Part shown: positions 1 to 9,948 of the stretch, piece by piece | How the letters are laid out: the number at the start of each line of letters is the position of its first letter | Numbering within the stretch: the stretch's first letter is position 1 | Assembly: GCF_041914405.1 (NCBI RefSeq) | Contig: NZ_JAYSDK010000020.1 | Coordinates: 11,077 to 75,076, forward strand | Source: Zoogloea sp. | GTDB taxonomy: Bacteria > Pseudomonadota > Gammaproteobacteria > Burkholderiales > Rhodocyclaceae | Length of the DNA stretch: 64,000 bases | Direction of reading: 5' to 3' | Notes under the pieces: model-generated | The model's database searches: none | Told to the model about the DNA's origin: nothing | Seen by the model: only the letters and a program-made list of their open reading frames with translations | Translations under genes and position numbers: made by a program

Positions 1-1329
1 ATCACCTTCCTGCACCCGATCAAGCCGGAGTTTGAAGGGCAGAGCAAATGGGACATGCAGGACACCCACGGTAAGTTCCTGATCCGTGAGTTGATCGGGG
101 CGGCCGGCCGGAGCGGTGACTTCGTCGAATACACCTGGGAGCGGACCAAGGGCCAGCCGCCGGAGCCGCGCCTCGCCTATGCCGCATCCTTCGAGCCATG
201 GAAGCTGACGGTCGGCACCGGCGTGTACATCGACGACATCGATAAGGCCTACGCGGCCATTGCCCGTGTGCTGGGTGGCATCTCGGCATTCCTGCTGCTG
301 GTCCTGAGCGCCCTTGGTTGGCAGCTTGGGGCGAGCATCCTGCGACAGCTGGGGGGCGAGCCCGCCGAGGTCGCCGCCGTGATGCAGCGGGTGGCGTCCG
401 GCGACCTGGGGGCGGAGGTCCGTGCTGCCCCGGCCGGCAGCCTGTTGCACGCCACCGGCACGATGGTCCAGGCATTACGCAGCCTTGTTGCGGAAATCAA
501 TCGAGAGGCCAACAGCCTGGTGGATAACGCGGCGCGCATTGCGGCGGCGTCCGACCAGATCGCCGGCGCCGCAGACCAGCAGTCCGACGCTACATCGGCG
601 ATGGCGGCGGCCATCGAGGAGCTGACCGTCAGTTCCAGCCACATTTCCGACAGCGCGACCGACGGTTCCCGCTACTCCACGGAGGCGGTCGAACTGGCGG
701 GGGCCGGTTCGACGCGGGTGGATCTGGCGGCCAGCGCCATCCGCAAGATCTCCGATACCGTCAACGATGCGTCCGGGCGGATCCGGGCCCTCGAGGAACG
801 GGCACGCCAGGTGTCGTCGATTGCCAGTGTGATCAAGGATATCGCCGGCCAGACCAACCTGCTGGCCCTCAACGCCGCCATCGAGGCGGCGCGGGCTGGC
901 GAGCAGGGGCGTGGCTTTGCGGTGGTGGCGGACGAGGTGCGCAAGCTGGCCGAACGGACCTCTTCGGCGACCACCGAGATCGAGCAGATGATCATTGGCA
1001 TCCAGGGCGACACAGGGGGCGCCGTCGAGGCGATGAATGCGGCGCTGCCTGAGGTGCAGGAGGGCGTCGAACTGGCCTCGTCCGCCGTCGAGTTGTTGAA
1101 GTCCATCGAGGAGGGGGCCCGCGCCACGCTGCAGCGGGTCGGTGACGTGGCTGACGCAACGCGGGAGCAGAGCGCAGCCAGTACCGCCATCGCCCAGCGG
1201 GTCGAACAGATTGCCAGCATGGTCGAGGACACCACCGGCACCATCCGCGATACGGCTGCCGTTGCGCACCACCTGGAGGGGATCGCCACCAACCTCAAGC
1301 AACAGATCGGCCGCTTCCGGGTGTCCTGA
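1..1329 (+). CDS. Methyl-accepting chemotaxis protein (Cache sensor, TM, HAMP, MCP signalling domain); 5'-truncated by window edge
   Basis: Frame +1 is open from base 1; signature [37 protein letters not shown]; Cache-like YTWE...PRLAY...[14 protein letters not shown] followed by a TM helix. Confidence 0.93.
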   Translation: MTFLHPIKPEFEGQSKWDMQDTHGKFLIRELIGAAGRSGDFVEYTWERTKGQPPEPRLAYAASFEPWKLTVGTGVYIDDIDKAYAAIARVLGGISAFLLLVLSALGWQLGASILRQLGGEPAEVAAVMQRVASGDLGAEVRAAPAGSLLHATGTMVQALRSLVAEINREANSLVDNAARIAAASDQIAGAADQQSDATSAMAAAIEELTVSSSHISDSATDGSRYSTEAVELAGAGSTRVDLAASAIRKISDTVNDASGRIRALEERARQVSSIASVIKDIAGQTNLLALNAAIEAARAGEQGRGFAVVADEVRKLAERTSSATTEIEQMIIGIQGDTGGAVEAMNAALPEVQEGVELASSAVELLKSIEEGARATLQRVGDVADATREQSAASTAIAQRVEQIASMVEDTTGTIRDTAAVAHHLEGIATNLKQQIGRFRVS

Positions 1330-1494
1330 TGCAGGGCTGATGGGGCCGGGCTGTCCGCCGCCGCGACGGATTGTCACGTGAGGCGTTATGGCGCATGGAA
1401 ATGTGATGGCGTTTTTTTATGATCCTGCGCTTTCGCATTCTCTGTTCGCGCCGGCGAGGACATCGGGGGTACCCATGGCCTCCGGCCATGGCCC

Positions 1495-3774
1495 ATGCTG
1501 CATATCGTCTGTATTCCCCGTCTTCATCCGCCAGCCGGGCTGGCGCTGATTGGCCTGAGTCTTGTTTCATCGGTCGTTGCTGCCGAACCTGGCGATGCCG
1601 CAGGCGGGCTGACCTCAGCCAGTCCCACGCAGGTGACCCGCTTGGAGGAAGTGCTCGTTACGGCTACCAGGCTGCCGGCAGATTCGTACGCGGCTGCGAA
1701 GGCCAGCGTCGGGGGCAAGTCAAACGAGGCCTTGCGGGATATCCCGCAATCCGTGAGCGTCCTCACCCGCCAGCGCATCGAGGACCAGAACCTCATTGAA
1801 GCCACTCGGGCACTCACCTGGGTGACCGGCCTGGTGGACGGCCGCTCAAATGAAAGCGATACGCCGCTGATCAGTGCCCGTGGTTTTCGCGTCGATAACG
1901 TGACGATAGACGGAAGTCTGGCGGGAGCGACGTTCTGGCAGGTGCCGTCGGATCTGTCGATGTATGAACAGGTTGAAGTGCTGCGGGGCCCCACGGGACT
2001 GTTCAACGGCAGCGGCCCCACTGGTTCGGCAGGTGGGGCGATCAATTACCAGCGCAAGCGTCCGCAGGCTACACCGCTGACCCGGCTGGAGTTCGCGGTG
2101 GGGCAGTGGGATCACTACCGTGTCACTCTCGATGCGGGGCGTCCTTTGGGGGAGGACGATCGCCTGCGCGGGCGCCTGGTGGTGAGCAGCCTCGATCAGA
2201 ACGATTTCATTGCTTATACCGGTCGCCAGAACCAGACGATCTATGGTGTCCTGGATTACCAGCTCACCCCGGCCACGCTTCTCACCGTCGGCACCGATTA
2301 TGACCGGCGTCGCTCTGTTCCCACCTATAAATACGCAACCTTCCGAGGCGACGGTTCCGACCCGCGCTGGCCACGTGAGACGGCCTGGATGGTGCCCTGG
2401 GCTCGCTGGGATGGAGACACTACCGGCGCTTTCGCCGAGGTGACGCACCGCCTCAACGATGACTGGCGCATCAAGGCAGCCTACAACTACCGGCAGGAAA
2501 AACTGTTCTGGGACTGGGCCTGGGTAACCGGGGTCGTTGATCCCATTCCGGGCAGCACGCAAAAGCCGCTCTACGTGACCAGCCAGCGCCGGGATACAGA
2601 CGATCAGGTGCATACCTTTGACCTCCATCTGCTTGGCCGCTTCAGGGCCTGGGGGCGTACCCACGACCTTGTGGTCGGCGCCAACGCCGCGCAGCGGGAG
2701 CAGGTCACCCATCAACCCACGTCCGGCAAGTATTCCTACAACTGGGGTGGGCCCGACACCTTCTACATTGATCCGACCCGCATCAACATTGGTGAAGCGC
2801 CTTGGCGCCCCTCCGCCATGTCCGGCGATCCGACCACTTACCGCTACCAGGACGATGGTGTGTATGGAAATCTCAGGCTGCGCGTTCTCGACCAGCTTAC
2901 CCTCACTGCCGGCGGGCGCATCAGCACCTATGCGTACAAGGGCTATACGAACAGCACAGCCACCAACAAGGGGGCCTACAAGCGCTCGGGTGTCCTCACC
3001 CCCTACGCCGCGCTGACCTGGGACTTCAGTAATAGCACCAGCGTCTATGTCAGCCACGCGGAAGTTTTCAGCGTCACGAACGCCTACAAGGTGACGGGTG
3101 AGATGGTTGACCCAGTGGTGGGCAACAACCGGGAGATCGGTCTCAAGTCCGAATTTTTTGACGGAAACCTGCTTGCATCCCTGGCCGCCTATCGACTGAC
3201 CAGCAAGAACCAGACCCGGATCGACCCGAGCGCGCCTTATCCCTGCCCGGCCTCGCCATTGCCCACTGCCTATTGCTACATCGCCGACAACGAGCAGCAG
3301 GTCGATGGCGCCGAGCTGGAGCTGGTTGGTCGCCTGACCAGCAACTGGCAGGTCATGCTCGGCCTCAGCCACATGAAGAAGCGCTACACCCGCTGGCTCG
3401 ACGGCAACGGGGGGGTGAGCAGCACCCAGGGTGACAGCTGGTGGAAGGACGACCCGGACAATACGGTGAAAGCCTGGTCCAGCTATCGTCTGCCTGGCCC
3501 GGCTGCATCCTGGCGAGTGGGGGGCGGTGTCCGCTGGCAGAGCGAAACCTACGCGGAGCGTGCGGCCTCCGGCACGATCCCCGCGGCCCGCGTCACGCAG
3601 CCTGCCTTTGCGGTATGGGATGGCCTATTGGCCTGGGAGATCAACAAGACCTGGAGCGCTCAGCTCAATCTCACCAACCTGTTTGACAAGGTTTATTACT
3701 CGCGGGTGACCACCTCCTACGGCAGCTACGGAGAGCCGCGCCGCTTGATGCTTACCTTGCGTGCGACGCTCTAG
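1495..3774 (+). CDS. TonB-dependent siderophore-type receptor (FhuE/FpvA-like, no N-terminal signalling domain)
   Basis: Signal peptide, TonB-box-like EEVLVTA, plug motif LRDIPQSVSVLTRQRIEDQ, YEQVEVLRGPTGL, C-terminal NLFDKVYY...GEPRRLMLTLRATL; exact start uncertain. Confidence 0.9.
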   Translation: MLHIVCIPRLHPPAGLALIGLSLVSSVVAAEPGDAAGGLTSASPTQVTRLEEVLVTATRLPADSYAAAKASVGGKSNEALRDIPQSVSVLTRQRIEDQNLIEATRALTWVTGLVDGRSNESDTPLISARGFRVDNVTIDGSLAGATFWQVPSDLSMYEQVEVLRGPTGLFNGSGPTGSAGGAINYQRKRPQATPLTRLEFAVGQWDHYRVTLDAGRPLGEDDRLRGRLVVSSLDQNDFIAYTGRQNQTIYGVLDYQLTPATLLTVGTDYDRRRSVPTYKYATFRGDGSDPRWPRETAWMVPWARWDGDTTGAFAEVTHRLNDDWRIKAAYNYRQEKLFWDWAWVTGVVDPIPGSTQKPLYVTSQRRDTDDQVHTFDLHLLGRFRAWGRTHDLVVGANAAQREQVTHQPTSGKYSYNWGGPDTFYIDPTRINIGEAPWRPSAMSGDPTTYRYQDDGVYGNLRLRVLDQLTLTAGGRISTYAYKGYTNSTATNKGAYKRSGVLTPYAALTWDFSNSTSVYVSHAEVFSVTNAYKVTGEMVDPVVGNNREIGLKSEFFDGNLLASLAAYRLTSKNQTRIDPSAPYPCPASPLPTAYCYIADNEQQVDGAELELVGRLTSNWQVMLGLSHMKKRYTRWLDGNGGVSSTQGDSWWKDDPDNTVKAWSSYRLPGPAASWRVGGGVRWQSETYAERAASGTIPAARVTQPAFAVWDGLLAWEINKTWSAQLNLTNLFDKVYYSRVTTSYGSYGEPRRLMLTLRATL

Positions 3775-3811
3775 GTTCAAGTCCTTCCATCTTCATTCCA
3801 GTGCATCGCCC

Positions 3812-4693
3812 ATGAAAAAGAACCTCGTTCGACGACCGTCGCATTTCAAACCATCGGTGATGGTGGCCATGCTGGCGCTTATTACGAGCCTCTGCGGCGC
3901 CCTCCCGGCCTCAGCCCAGCGGACGGCCGACCCACTGCAGGACGCCTCCCCCAAAGAGATCCTTGATCAGATCCGCAAGGATGCACGCGTCAATCCACTG
4001 CGCACGGCCCGCTTGCTGGCCGACCTGCGGCCGGAGCGCATGAGCGCCGACGATCGGGCCACCTGGGTGCACCTGTCCCGGGAGGCCGCGCTGCGCAACG
4101 GCGACCTTGCGACCCTTTTGGCCCTGAAGGGCCAGCCCGATCCGTTTTCACTGCTGCCCCTGTCCCGTCTCCTGCTGGCCAACGCTCACCTCAATGAGGC
4201 CAATCTCCCGGCCGCCCGCGCCGAACTCGACAAGCTGGGGCCGCTGGCTGGGCTCAATACCCGCGACCAGCGGCGCTATTGGGCCCTCCGGGCGCGGCTT
4301 GGGCAACTGGAAGGTCGGCCCGACGCGGAGCGCGCGGCGATCGAGCGGATCGTCGAGGAGCTCGCCCACTGGCCCTCTGCCGATTGCCAGTCTTGCCACA
4401 ATGACCCCAAGGCTCCTCTGGCCCTTCCTTTTCTGGAAATCCGCAATACGTGGTATGGCCAGCGTTTTGTCGAGTTGCTGAAAGCCCAGGGCGATGCCGG
4501 ACGCGTCCGCCTGCTGGCAGAGCAACGCCTGCTCAGCCAGCCGGACGACATCAAGGCTCGGATTGTCCTCGGCTACGTCTGCTTGGCTGAGGGGCGGCCG
4601 GATGAGGCTGAGCGCTACTGGGCGGAGATCCCCTGGTTGGCCCTATCGGATCGTCAGGGCACTCCTGTTCGGATGATGTTTTCATGGCCTTGA
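3812..4693 (+). CDS. Secreted helical-repeat (TPR-like) protein with a single CXXCH haem-binding motif
   Basis: Starts 38 nt after the receptor stop; hydrophobic signal ending ASA-Q; CQSCH encoded at 4385-4399; Ala/Leu-rich helical repeats (ARIVLGYVCLAEGRPDEAERYW). Confidence 0.7.
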   Translation: MKKNLVRRPSHFKPSVMVAMLALITSLCGALPASAQRTADPLQDASPKEILDQIRKDARVNPLRTARLLADLRPERMSADDRATWVHLSREAALRNGDLATLLALKGQPDPFSLLPLSRLLLANAHLNEANLPAARAELDKLGPLAGLNTRDQRRYWALRARLGQLEGRPDAERAAIERIVEELAHWPSADCQSCHNDPKAPLALPFLEIRNTWYGQRFVELLKAQGDAGRVRLLAEQRLLSQPDDIKARIVLGYVCLAEGRPDEAERYWAEIPWLALSDRQGTPVRMMFSWP

Positions 4694-4859
4694 ATCTGGG
4701 ATTGTTCTTCGGATCATCTTTCTGTGGGCCAAAGCTGGATGGTTCTGTGGCGTGATCTGACGTAGGAAGTCAGCTCCGAAGGCGGCGCAATGCTGTGGTG
4801 CCGTGGCCCGTCCGTATAATGGCGCTCCCATCCCATATCGTTCCTTCCCGGAGCCCGCC

Positions 4860-6080
4860 ATGAAACTCGGTACCCCTCTTTCTCCTTCTGCCCTGCGCGT
4901 GATGCTGCTGGGCTCTGGCGAACTCGGCAAGGAGGTGCTGATCGCCTTGCAGCGCCTGGGTGTCGAGACGATTGCGGTGGACCGTTATCCGAACGCCCCT
5001 GGTCACCAGGTGGCGCACCGCGCCCACGTGATCCCGATGACCGACGGCGCCGCGCTGCGCGCGCTGGTCGAAAAGGAAAAACCCCATCTGATCGTGCCCG
5101 AGATCGAGGCGATCGCCACCGACACGCTCGTCGAGATTGAGGCCGAGGGCCTGGCCGAGGTGATCCCGACAGCTCGCGCCGCGCGCCTGACGATGAACCG
5201 GGAAGGCATCCGCCGCCTTGCTGCCGAGGAACTCGGGCTGGCCACGTCGCCCTACCGCTTCGCTGATTCCCTGGCCGAGCTGCAGGCCGCCATCGACGGC
5301 ACTGACGGCCAGCCGGCGATCGGCTACCCGTGCATAGTCAAGCCAGTGATGTCGTCCTCCGGCAAGGGACAGTCGCTGCTGAAGGGGCCGGATGACGTGC
5401 AGAAGGCCTGGGACTACGCGGCCGCCGGTGGGCGGGTCAACCAGGGGCGGGTCATCGTCGAGGGCTTCATCGATTTCGATTACGAGATCACGCAGCTCAC
5501 CGTGCGCGCCTGTGATGCAACCGGCACGGTGCAAACCTACTTCTGTGATCCCATCGGCCACGTGCAGGTGTCGGGCGACTACGTCGAGTCCTGGCAGCCG
5601 CAGGCGATGAGCCCGGTGGCCCTCGAGCGCTCGCGGGAGATCGCCGGTGCCGTCACCGCCAATCTGGGCGGGCGTGGTCTGTTCGGCGTCGAACTGTTCG
5701 TGAAGGGCGACATGGTGTGGTTCTCCGAGGTCAGCCCGCGTCCCCACGATACCGGCCTGGTCACCCTGTGCTCCCAGCGCTTCTCCGAATTCGAGCTGCA
5801 TGCGCGGGCGATCCTCGGACTGCCGGTGGACGTGAGCCTGCGCGAGCCGGGCGCCTCCGCGGTGATCTACGGCGGCATGGAGGCCGAGGGTGTCGTCTTC
5901 GAAGGCGTGGCCGATGCGCTGGCCGTGCCACGCACCGACCTGCGCCTGTTCGGCAAGCCGGAGGCCTTTGCGCGGCGCCGGATGGGGGTTGCGGTGGCCA
6001 ATGGTGCCGACGTGGAAGAGGCGCGGGGGCGGGCCAAGCTGGCCGCCGGCAAGGTCAGGCCGGTACGAAGCGCAGGCTGA
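4860..6080 (+). CDS. purT: Formate-dependent phosphoribosylglycinamide formyltransferase (ATP-grasp)
   Basis: [52 protein letters not shown]...RRMGVA motifs. Confidence 0.96.
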   Translation: MKLGTPLSPSALRVMLLGSGELGKEVLIALQRLGVETIAVDRYPNAPGHQVAHRAHVIPMTDGAALRALVEKEKPHLIVPEIEAIATDTLVEIEAEGLAEVIPTARAARLTMNREGIRRLAAEELGLATSPYRFADSLAELQAAIDGTDGQPAIGYPCIVKPVMSSSGKGQSLLKGPDDVQKAWDYAAAGGRVNQGRVIVEGFIDFDYEITQLTVRACDATGTVQTYFCDPIGHVQVSGDYVESWQPQAMSPVALERSREIAGAVTANLGGRGLFGVELFVKGDMVWFSEVSPRPHDTGLVTLCSQRFSEFELHARAILGLPVDVSLREPGASAVIYGGMEAEGVVFEGVADALAVPRTDLRLFGKPEAFARRRMGVAVANGADVEEARGRAKLAAGKVRPVRSAG

Positions 6081-6648
6081 TCAACCGTCCGGCAGCAGCA
6101 CGGCCGGCGGGCATGTCGTGGCCGCTCGCGCTATCCGCATCCTTGATGAGGGTTTCGATCTGGCCGATCGCGATGCCGTGCTCGGCAAAGAAGACCTGCA
6201 GGGCCTTCAGGCGCAGGCCGAACAGCACCGGGTTGTAGTGGGTTGCCGGTGTGTTGCCGAAGCCGGTCATGATCAGGCGGATCTCCGGGCGGGCCTGGAC
6301 CATCAAGGCGATCTCCCCGAGCAGCGAGGCGTAGCTGGGGCTCAGCTGCGCTTGCCGGTTCTCGAAAGCCTGGGTGGTGTCGACGGTCAGGTTGATCGCG
6401 CGGTCGTCATCCTGCCATGCGGTCTTCAGACCGGCGGCACGAGCCAGGCGGGAGATCTCGCCGGCGAGGCCGCGCCAGCCTGAGGGCCGTACCGCCAGGG
6501 CGCTGCTTGCGACGGCGCTGCCCGGGTCAGGGGCGCCTGCCAGACCGCTTTGGGTCAGTAGGAGTCCGCTGGCAGCGAGCAGGCCACAAGCAAGGGGATA
6601 GAGGGCGGTGCGAAGGCGGAGCAGGGGGCCGGGGACGATTGCGCGCAT
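6055..6648 (-). CDS. Exported protein with a degenerate OmpA-like (peptidoglycan-binding type) C-terminal domain
   Basis: Hydrophobic N-terminus; [13 protein letters not shown]...[11 protein letters not shown]...[17 protein letters not shown] follows the OmpA_C pattern but lacks the canonical N..LS..RA; overlaps the purT 3' end by 26 nt. Confidence 0.55.
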   Translation of the reverse strand: MRAIVPGPLLRLRTALYPLACGLLAASGLLLTQSGLAGAPDPGSAVASSALAVRPSGWRGLAGEISRLARAAGLKTAWQDDDRAINLTVDTTQAFENRQAQLSPSYASLLGEIALMVQARPEIRLIMTGFGNTPATHYNPVLFGLRLKALQVFFAEHGIAIGQIETLIKDADSASGHDMPAGRAAAGRLISLRFVPA

Positions 6649-6738
6649 GAGGTGTTTCCTGAAAAACCGGGGTGTACGGGGTGCAAATGGAACTGGGGGA
6701 CGCCGGCGGCCGGAAAAGCCGCGTCTCCTCGAGTAAAC

Positions 6739-6756
6739 TATATTGGTGTAAATATA
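6739..6756. promoter_or_regulatory. AT-rich inverted repeat TATATT-N6-AATATA, candidate MarR operator
   Basis: Perfect 6-bp inverted repeat 10 nt upstream of the MarR start, in the divergent promoter region. Confidence 0.4.
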
Positions 6757-6766
6757 ATTTCCACAA

Positions 6767-7279
6767 ATGAATTCAGCCGACTCTCCACTCGAGGTGCCTG
6801 CCACCCGTCCAGCAGAGGAATCTTTGGCCTTTGCGGTCCTCAAACAGTTCCGCCTCATCTACGGTTCGGTAAAGCAGCATTTCCGCGAGATAGAGCAAAG
6901 CTGCGGTGTATCGGGCTCCCAGCTGTGGCTACTGCATGAGATCGCCCGCACGCCGGGCGTTGGCGTATCTGAACTGGCCGGCCGCCTGTCTATCCATCAG
7001 TCCACCTGCAGCCAGTTGGTGGACAAGCTGGAAACCCGTGGCCTGGTGAACAAGCGCCGCAAGCCGGAGGACCAGCGCCGGGTCGGCCTGCAACTCAGCG
7101 ATGGTGCGAGGGACGTGCTGCAGGCGGCACCGGGGCCGGCCGAGGGTATATTGCCGGAGGCCCTGCAAGGTTTGTCCGAAGAGGAATTGCTGCACTTGCA
7201 GGCCGGGCTGGCCAGCGTCATCGGCCAGTTGAAGACGCGTGACGAGCGGAGCGTCGACAAGCCGCTGGCCGACCTGTAA
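6767..7279 (+). CDS. MarR-family transcriptional regulator
   Basis: Winged HTH: GVSGSQLWLLHEI...VSELAGRLSIHQSTCSQLVDKLETRGLVNKRR...DQRRVGLQLS. Confidence 0.92.
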   Translation: MNSADSPLEVPATRPAEESLAFAVLKQFRLIYGSVKQHFREIEQSCGVSGSQLWLLHEIARTPGVGVSELAGRLSIHQSTCSQLVDKLETRGLVNKRRKPEDQRRVGLQLSDGARDVLQAAPGPAEGILPEALQGLSEEELLHLQAGLASVIGQLKTRDERSVDKPLADL

Positions 7280-7316
7280 GACGTTGAGGGGCGCAGGCCC
7301 CGAAAGGAGAGCAAGC

Positions 7317-8096
7317 GTGGCAAGGCACAAGACGATCCGGATCGGGCTGTCGGCCCGCCTGTTCCATCCCAAGCAGGGGGCGACGGGCCTCGAGTCGAAG
7401 ACCCTGCAGGTGCTCGAGCAATCCATCGCCCAGTGGATCATGTCGCGGGACGTGCTGGTGTTGATGGTGCCGTCGATCCTGAAGGACGGGCCGATCCACC
7501 GCAGCAACATCCGCTTGCGCGATTACGCCGAATACCTCGATGGCCTTGTGTTGCAGGGCGGCGCCGATGTGAGTCCGGAAGCCTACGGTGAGCAGCCGCT
7601 GAAGGAGGAGTGGACCGGTGACCGGGTCCGTGATGCCTATGAGATGGAGCTGCTGCATGAGTTCGTCGAGCTCGGCAAGCCCGTGCTCGGCATCTGCCGC
7701 GGCATGCAGTTGATCAACGTGGCCTTTGGCGGCTCCCTCTACCAGGACATTCCGACCCAGTTCGGTGGCTCGGGGCGTCACCAGGCCGAGGCCTACGACC
7801 TGCATCATCACTCGGTGCGTTTCGAGGAGAAGGGCCAGTTCGAGCGCTGGTTCGGGAGCGCCGAAGGCGGGCGTGTGGTGTCCATCCACCACCAGTGCGT
7901 GAAGACGCTGGGGCGTGATCTGGTCGTCGAAGCGGTGTCTTCCGACGACGGCATGGTCGAGGCGATCCGTCATACCGGCCGCAGCTTCGTGGTTGGCGTG
8001 CAGTGGCATCCGGAGTTCCATACGCCCGGCCGCACGGATCTACTAGATTGCGTGCCACTGCTCGATGCCTTCCACGCGGCGGCTCGGGGACGCTGA
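7317..8096 (+). CDS. Class I glutamine amidotransferase, peptidase C26 / PuuD-like
   Basis: GTG start after AAGGAG; LDGLVLQGGADV, nucleophile elbow GICRG, VQWHPE (Cys-His-Glu triad). Confidence 0.9.
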   Translation: MARHKTIRIGLSARLFHPKQGATGLESKTLQVLEQSIAQWIMSRDVLVLMVPSILKDGPIHRSNIRLRDYAEYLDGLVLQGGADVSPEAYGEQPLKEEWTGDRVRDAYEMELLHEFVELGKPVLGICRGMQLINVAFGGSLYQDIPTQFGGSGRHQAEAYDLHHHSVRFEEKGQFERWFGSAEGGRVVSIHHQCVKTLGRDLVVEAVSSDDGMVEAIRHTGRSFVVGVQWHPEFHTPGRTDLLDCVPLLDAFHAAARGR

Positions 8097-8200
8097 AGGC
8101 CTTCTTCCTCCGCCCGGAACCAATCCGATCGGGTGGGTTCCACCTGACAGCCCAGTAACGGGACCGACTTCCGGTCCGCTTCAACAGCAGGAATCATTCA

Positions 8201-8566
8201 ATGGCCGGTTTCGAGAACTATCTGCAGGACACCCAGGACATCGAGCGCGAGATCGAGCGCAGGGGCGTGGCCCTCGGAATCGACTGGAGCAATGCGGAGC
8301 AGGTGCGGGCGTTGGCGCGGGAGGCGATCGAACACGTCCCGTCGGACATGCAGCGGGCGATGACCCGGCCCATCGACTACCAGCAGCTTGCCAAGGTCGA
8401 GCTGTTCGGCCTGGCGGCCCTGATGCTGCGTACGATGCAGGAGAGCGCCAGCATCGGCTTCGAGAGCCACGGCGGGGTGATCTGGAAAACCTTCGCACGT
8501 GCCCTGTGGGCTGAGGCTCAAGCCCACGGCACCTTGCAGGGTGGGAAACCGCCAGGTGGCGCTTGA
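8201..8566 (+). CDS. Conserved-looking hypothetical helical protein (121 aa)
   Basis: CAGGA RBS; coding-like codon usage; no motif recognised. Confidence 0.72.
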   Translation: MAGFENYLQDTQDIEREIERRGVALGIDWSNAEQVRALAREAIEHVPSDMQRAMTRPIDYQQLAKVELFGLAALMLRTMQESASIGFESHGGVIWKTFARALWAEAQAHGTLQGGKPPGGA

Positions 8567-8575
8567 TATCACCCG

Positions 8576-9916
8576 TTAGGGTGTTCGTGGCGGCTGCTGT
8601 TGCGCGGGGTCCTGCTGCGGGCTGGGCAGGAAGCCGAGCGCGAGTTGTTGGTAGAGCTCAGGGCTGATGCGTGAGGCGATCGCTTTGGCGATCAAGGTGA
8701 CGGCCATCAGGCTGATGACCATTCCATGCCCATCGATCATCTCCATGACGATGATCGCGGCGGTAATGGGTGCCTGGGTAACGGCAGCCAGAAAGCCGGC
8801 CATGCACAGCGCGATGAAGGCCGGGATGCCGTCGCCGATACCGAGCAGGGATGTCAGGGGGGAGCCGATGGCCGCCCCGATCGCCAGGGAGGGGGCAAAA
8901 ATGCCTCCCGGAATCCCAGAATAGTAGCTGGCCAGCGTGGCCACGAAGCGGGACGGTGCGGCATACCAAGGGAGTTCCAGCTGGCCGGCGACGACTTGGG
9001 CGGTAATCGTATAGCCGCTGCCATACGACACCCCGTCGCTGATGAAGCCGGTCAACGCCACGAGTACACCGCAGCTGCCCGCAAACAGGATCGGGTGCGT
9101 TTCGCGCCAGCGCCACAGCGCGTGTTTCCGAAAGTTCATCGGCAGCAGCATCAGCCGGCTGAACAGGCCGCCGAACACACCGCAGGCCATGCCGGCGGCT
9201 ATTACGGGAAGCAGCAAGGACTGGTCGCTACGACCGTCCCTTACATGCCCGAAATAGTTGTAGTTGCCGAGCAAGGCGATGGCGACCAGACCCGACAGGA
9301 TGATGGTGCTGACCAGCACGCCGCTGGTCCTGGTTTCCAGGCGTCGTCCGAGCTCTTCAACGGCGAAGACAATCCCCGCGAGCGGCGTGTTGAAGGCGGC
9401 GGCGACGCCTGCCGCTCCGCCAGCCAGGATCAGATCCGAGGCGCGCAAGGCGCGGGTATTGGGAAGCAGCTTGTGCGCCGCGTGGAGAATCGAGGCGGCT
9501 ACCTGCACCGAAGGGCCTTCACGACCGGAGGAAAAGCCGCCTATCAGCGCGAATGCGCCCAGGCTCACCTTGCCGAAGGCGATGCGCAGCGAGACCAGCT
9601 GCTGGATGGCCTTTCCCTGCGCGGCAAGGCGGGTTGCCGCAATCACTTGGGGGATGCCACTGCCCTGGGCTCCGGGGAAGCTGCGCCGGGTGAGCCATAC
9701 GGTGCTCATGCCAACCAACGGGCTCAGCAGAAAGGCCAGCCAGGGCTTGCCTGAAGTGAGCTCGCCGAAGAGGGCGAGCGCCAGTTCAGCCAGCTTGGCG
9801 AAGCCCGCTACGACCACCCCGGCCGCCAACGCGGCCAGCCAGAGGGTGATGCGGGTCCGCCAGCGGAGGGTGCTGAGCAGGCCGCTGCGCCGGGCGGTGA
9901 TCGTCGGACGCTTCAC
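8576..9916 (-). CDS. ClC-family chloride/proton antiporter
   Basis: GSGIPQ, GREGP (gating Glu), FAVEEL (proton Glu), GIFAPSL and C-terminal LYQ motifs; many TM helices; not the fluoride-type signature. Confidence 0.92.
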   Translation of the reverse strand: MKRPTITARRSGLLSTLRWRTRITLWLAALAAGVVVAGFAKLAELALALFGELTSGKPWLAFLLSPLVGMSTVWLTRRSFPGAQGSGIPQVIAATRLAAQGKAIQQLVSLRIAFGKVSLGAFALIGGFSSGREGPSVQVAASILHAAHKLLPNTRALRASDLILAGGAAGVAAAFNTPLAGIVFAVEELGRRLETRTSGVLVSTIILSGLVAIALLGNYNYFGHVRDGRSDQSLLLPVIAAGMACGVFGGLFSRLMLLPMNFRKHALWRWRETHPILFAGSCGVLVALTGFISDGVSYGSGYTITAQVVAGQLELPWYAAPSRFVATLASYYSGIPGGIFAPSLAIGAAIGSPLTSLLGIGDGIPAFIALCMAGFLAAVTQAPITAAIIVMEMIDGHGMVISLMAVTLIAKAIASRISPELYQQLALGFLPSPQQDPAQQQPPRTP

Positions 9917-9948
9917 GGCCTGTTTCCCACGAGGAGCCGGCTAACTGC

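Noticed and set aside
781-960. Near-identical DNA between the two MCP genes (compare 33600-33720) as a recent duplication
   Set aside because: Confined to the universally conserved signalling hairpin; the sensor domains differ
8116-8177. Two hairpins (GGAACC...GGTTCC and GGACCG...CGGTCC) as a riboswitch or ncRNA
   Set aside because: Short GC-rich stems with no recognisable family motif or terminator; cannot be supported without a covariance search
8576-9916. Fluoride exporter (CLC-F)
   Set aside because: Carries the GSGIP/GREGP chloride-type signature rather than the CLC-F variant; no fluoride riboswitch seen
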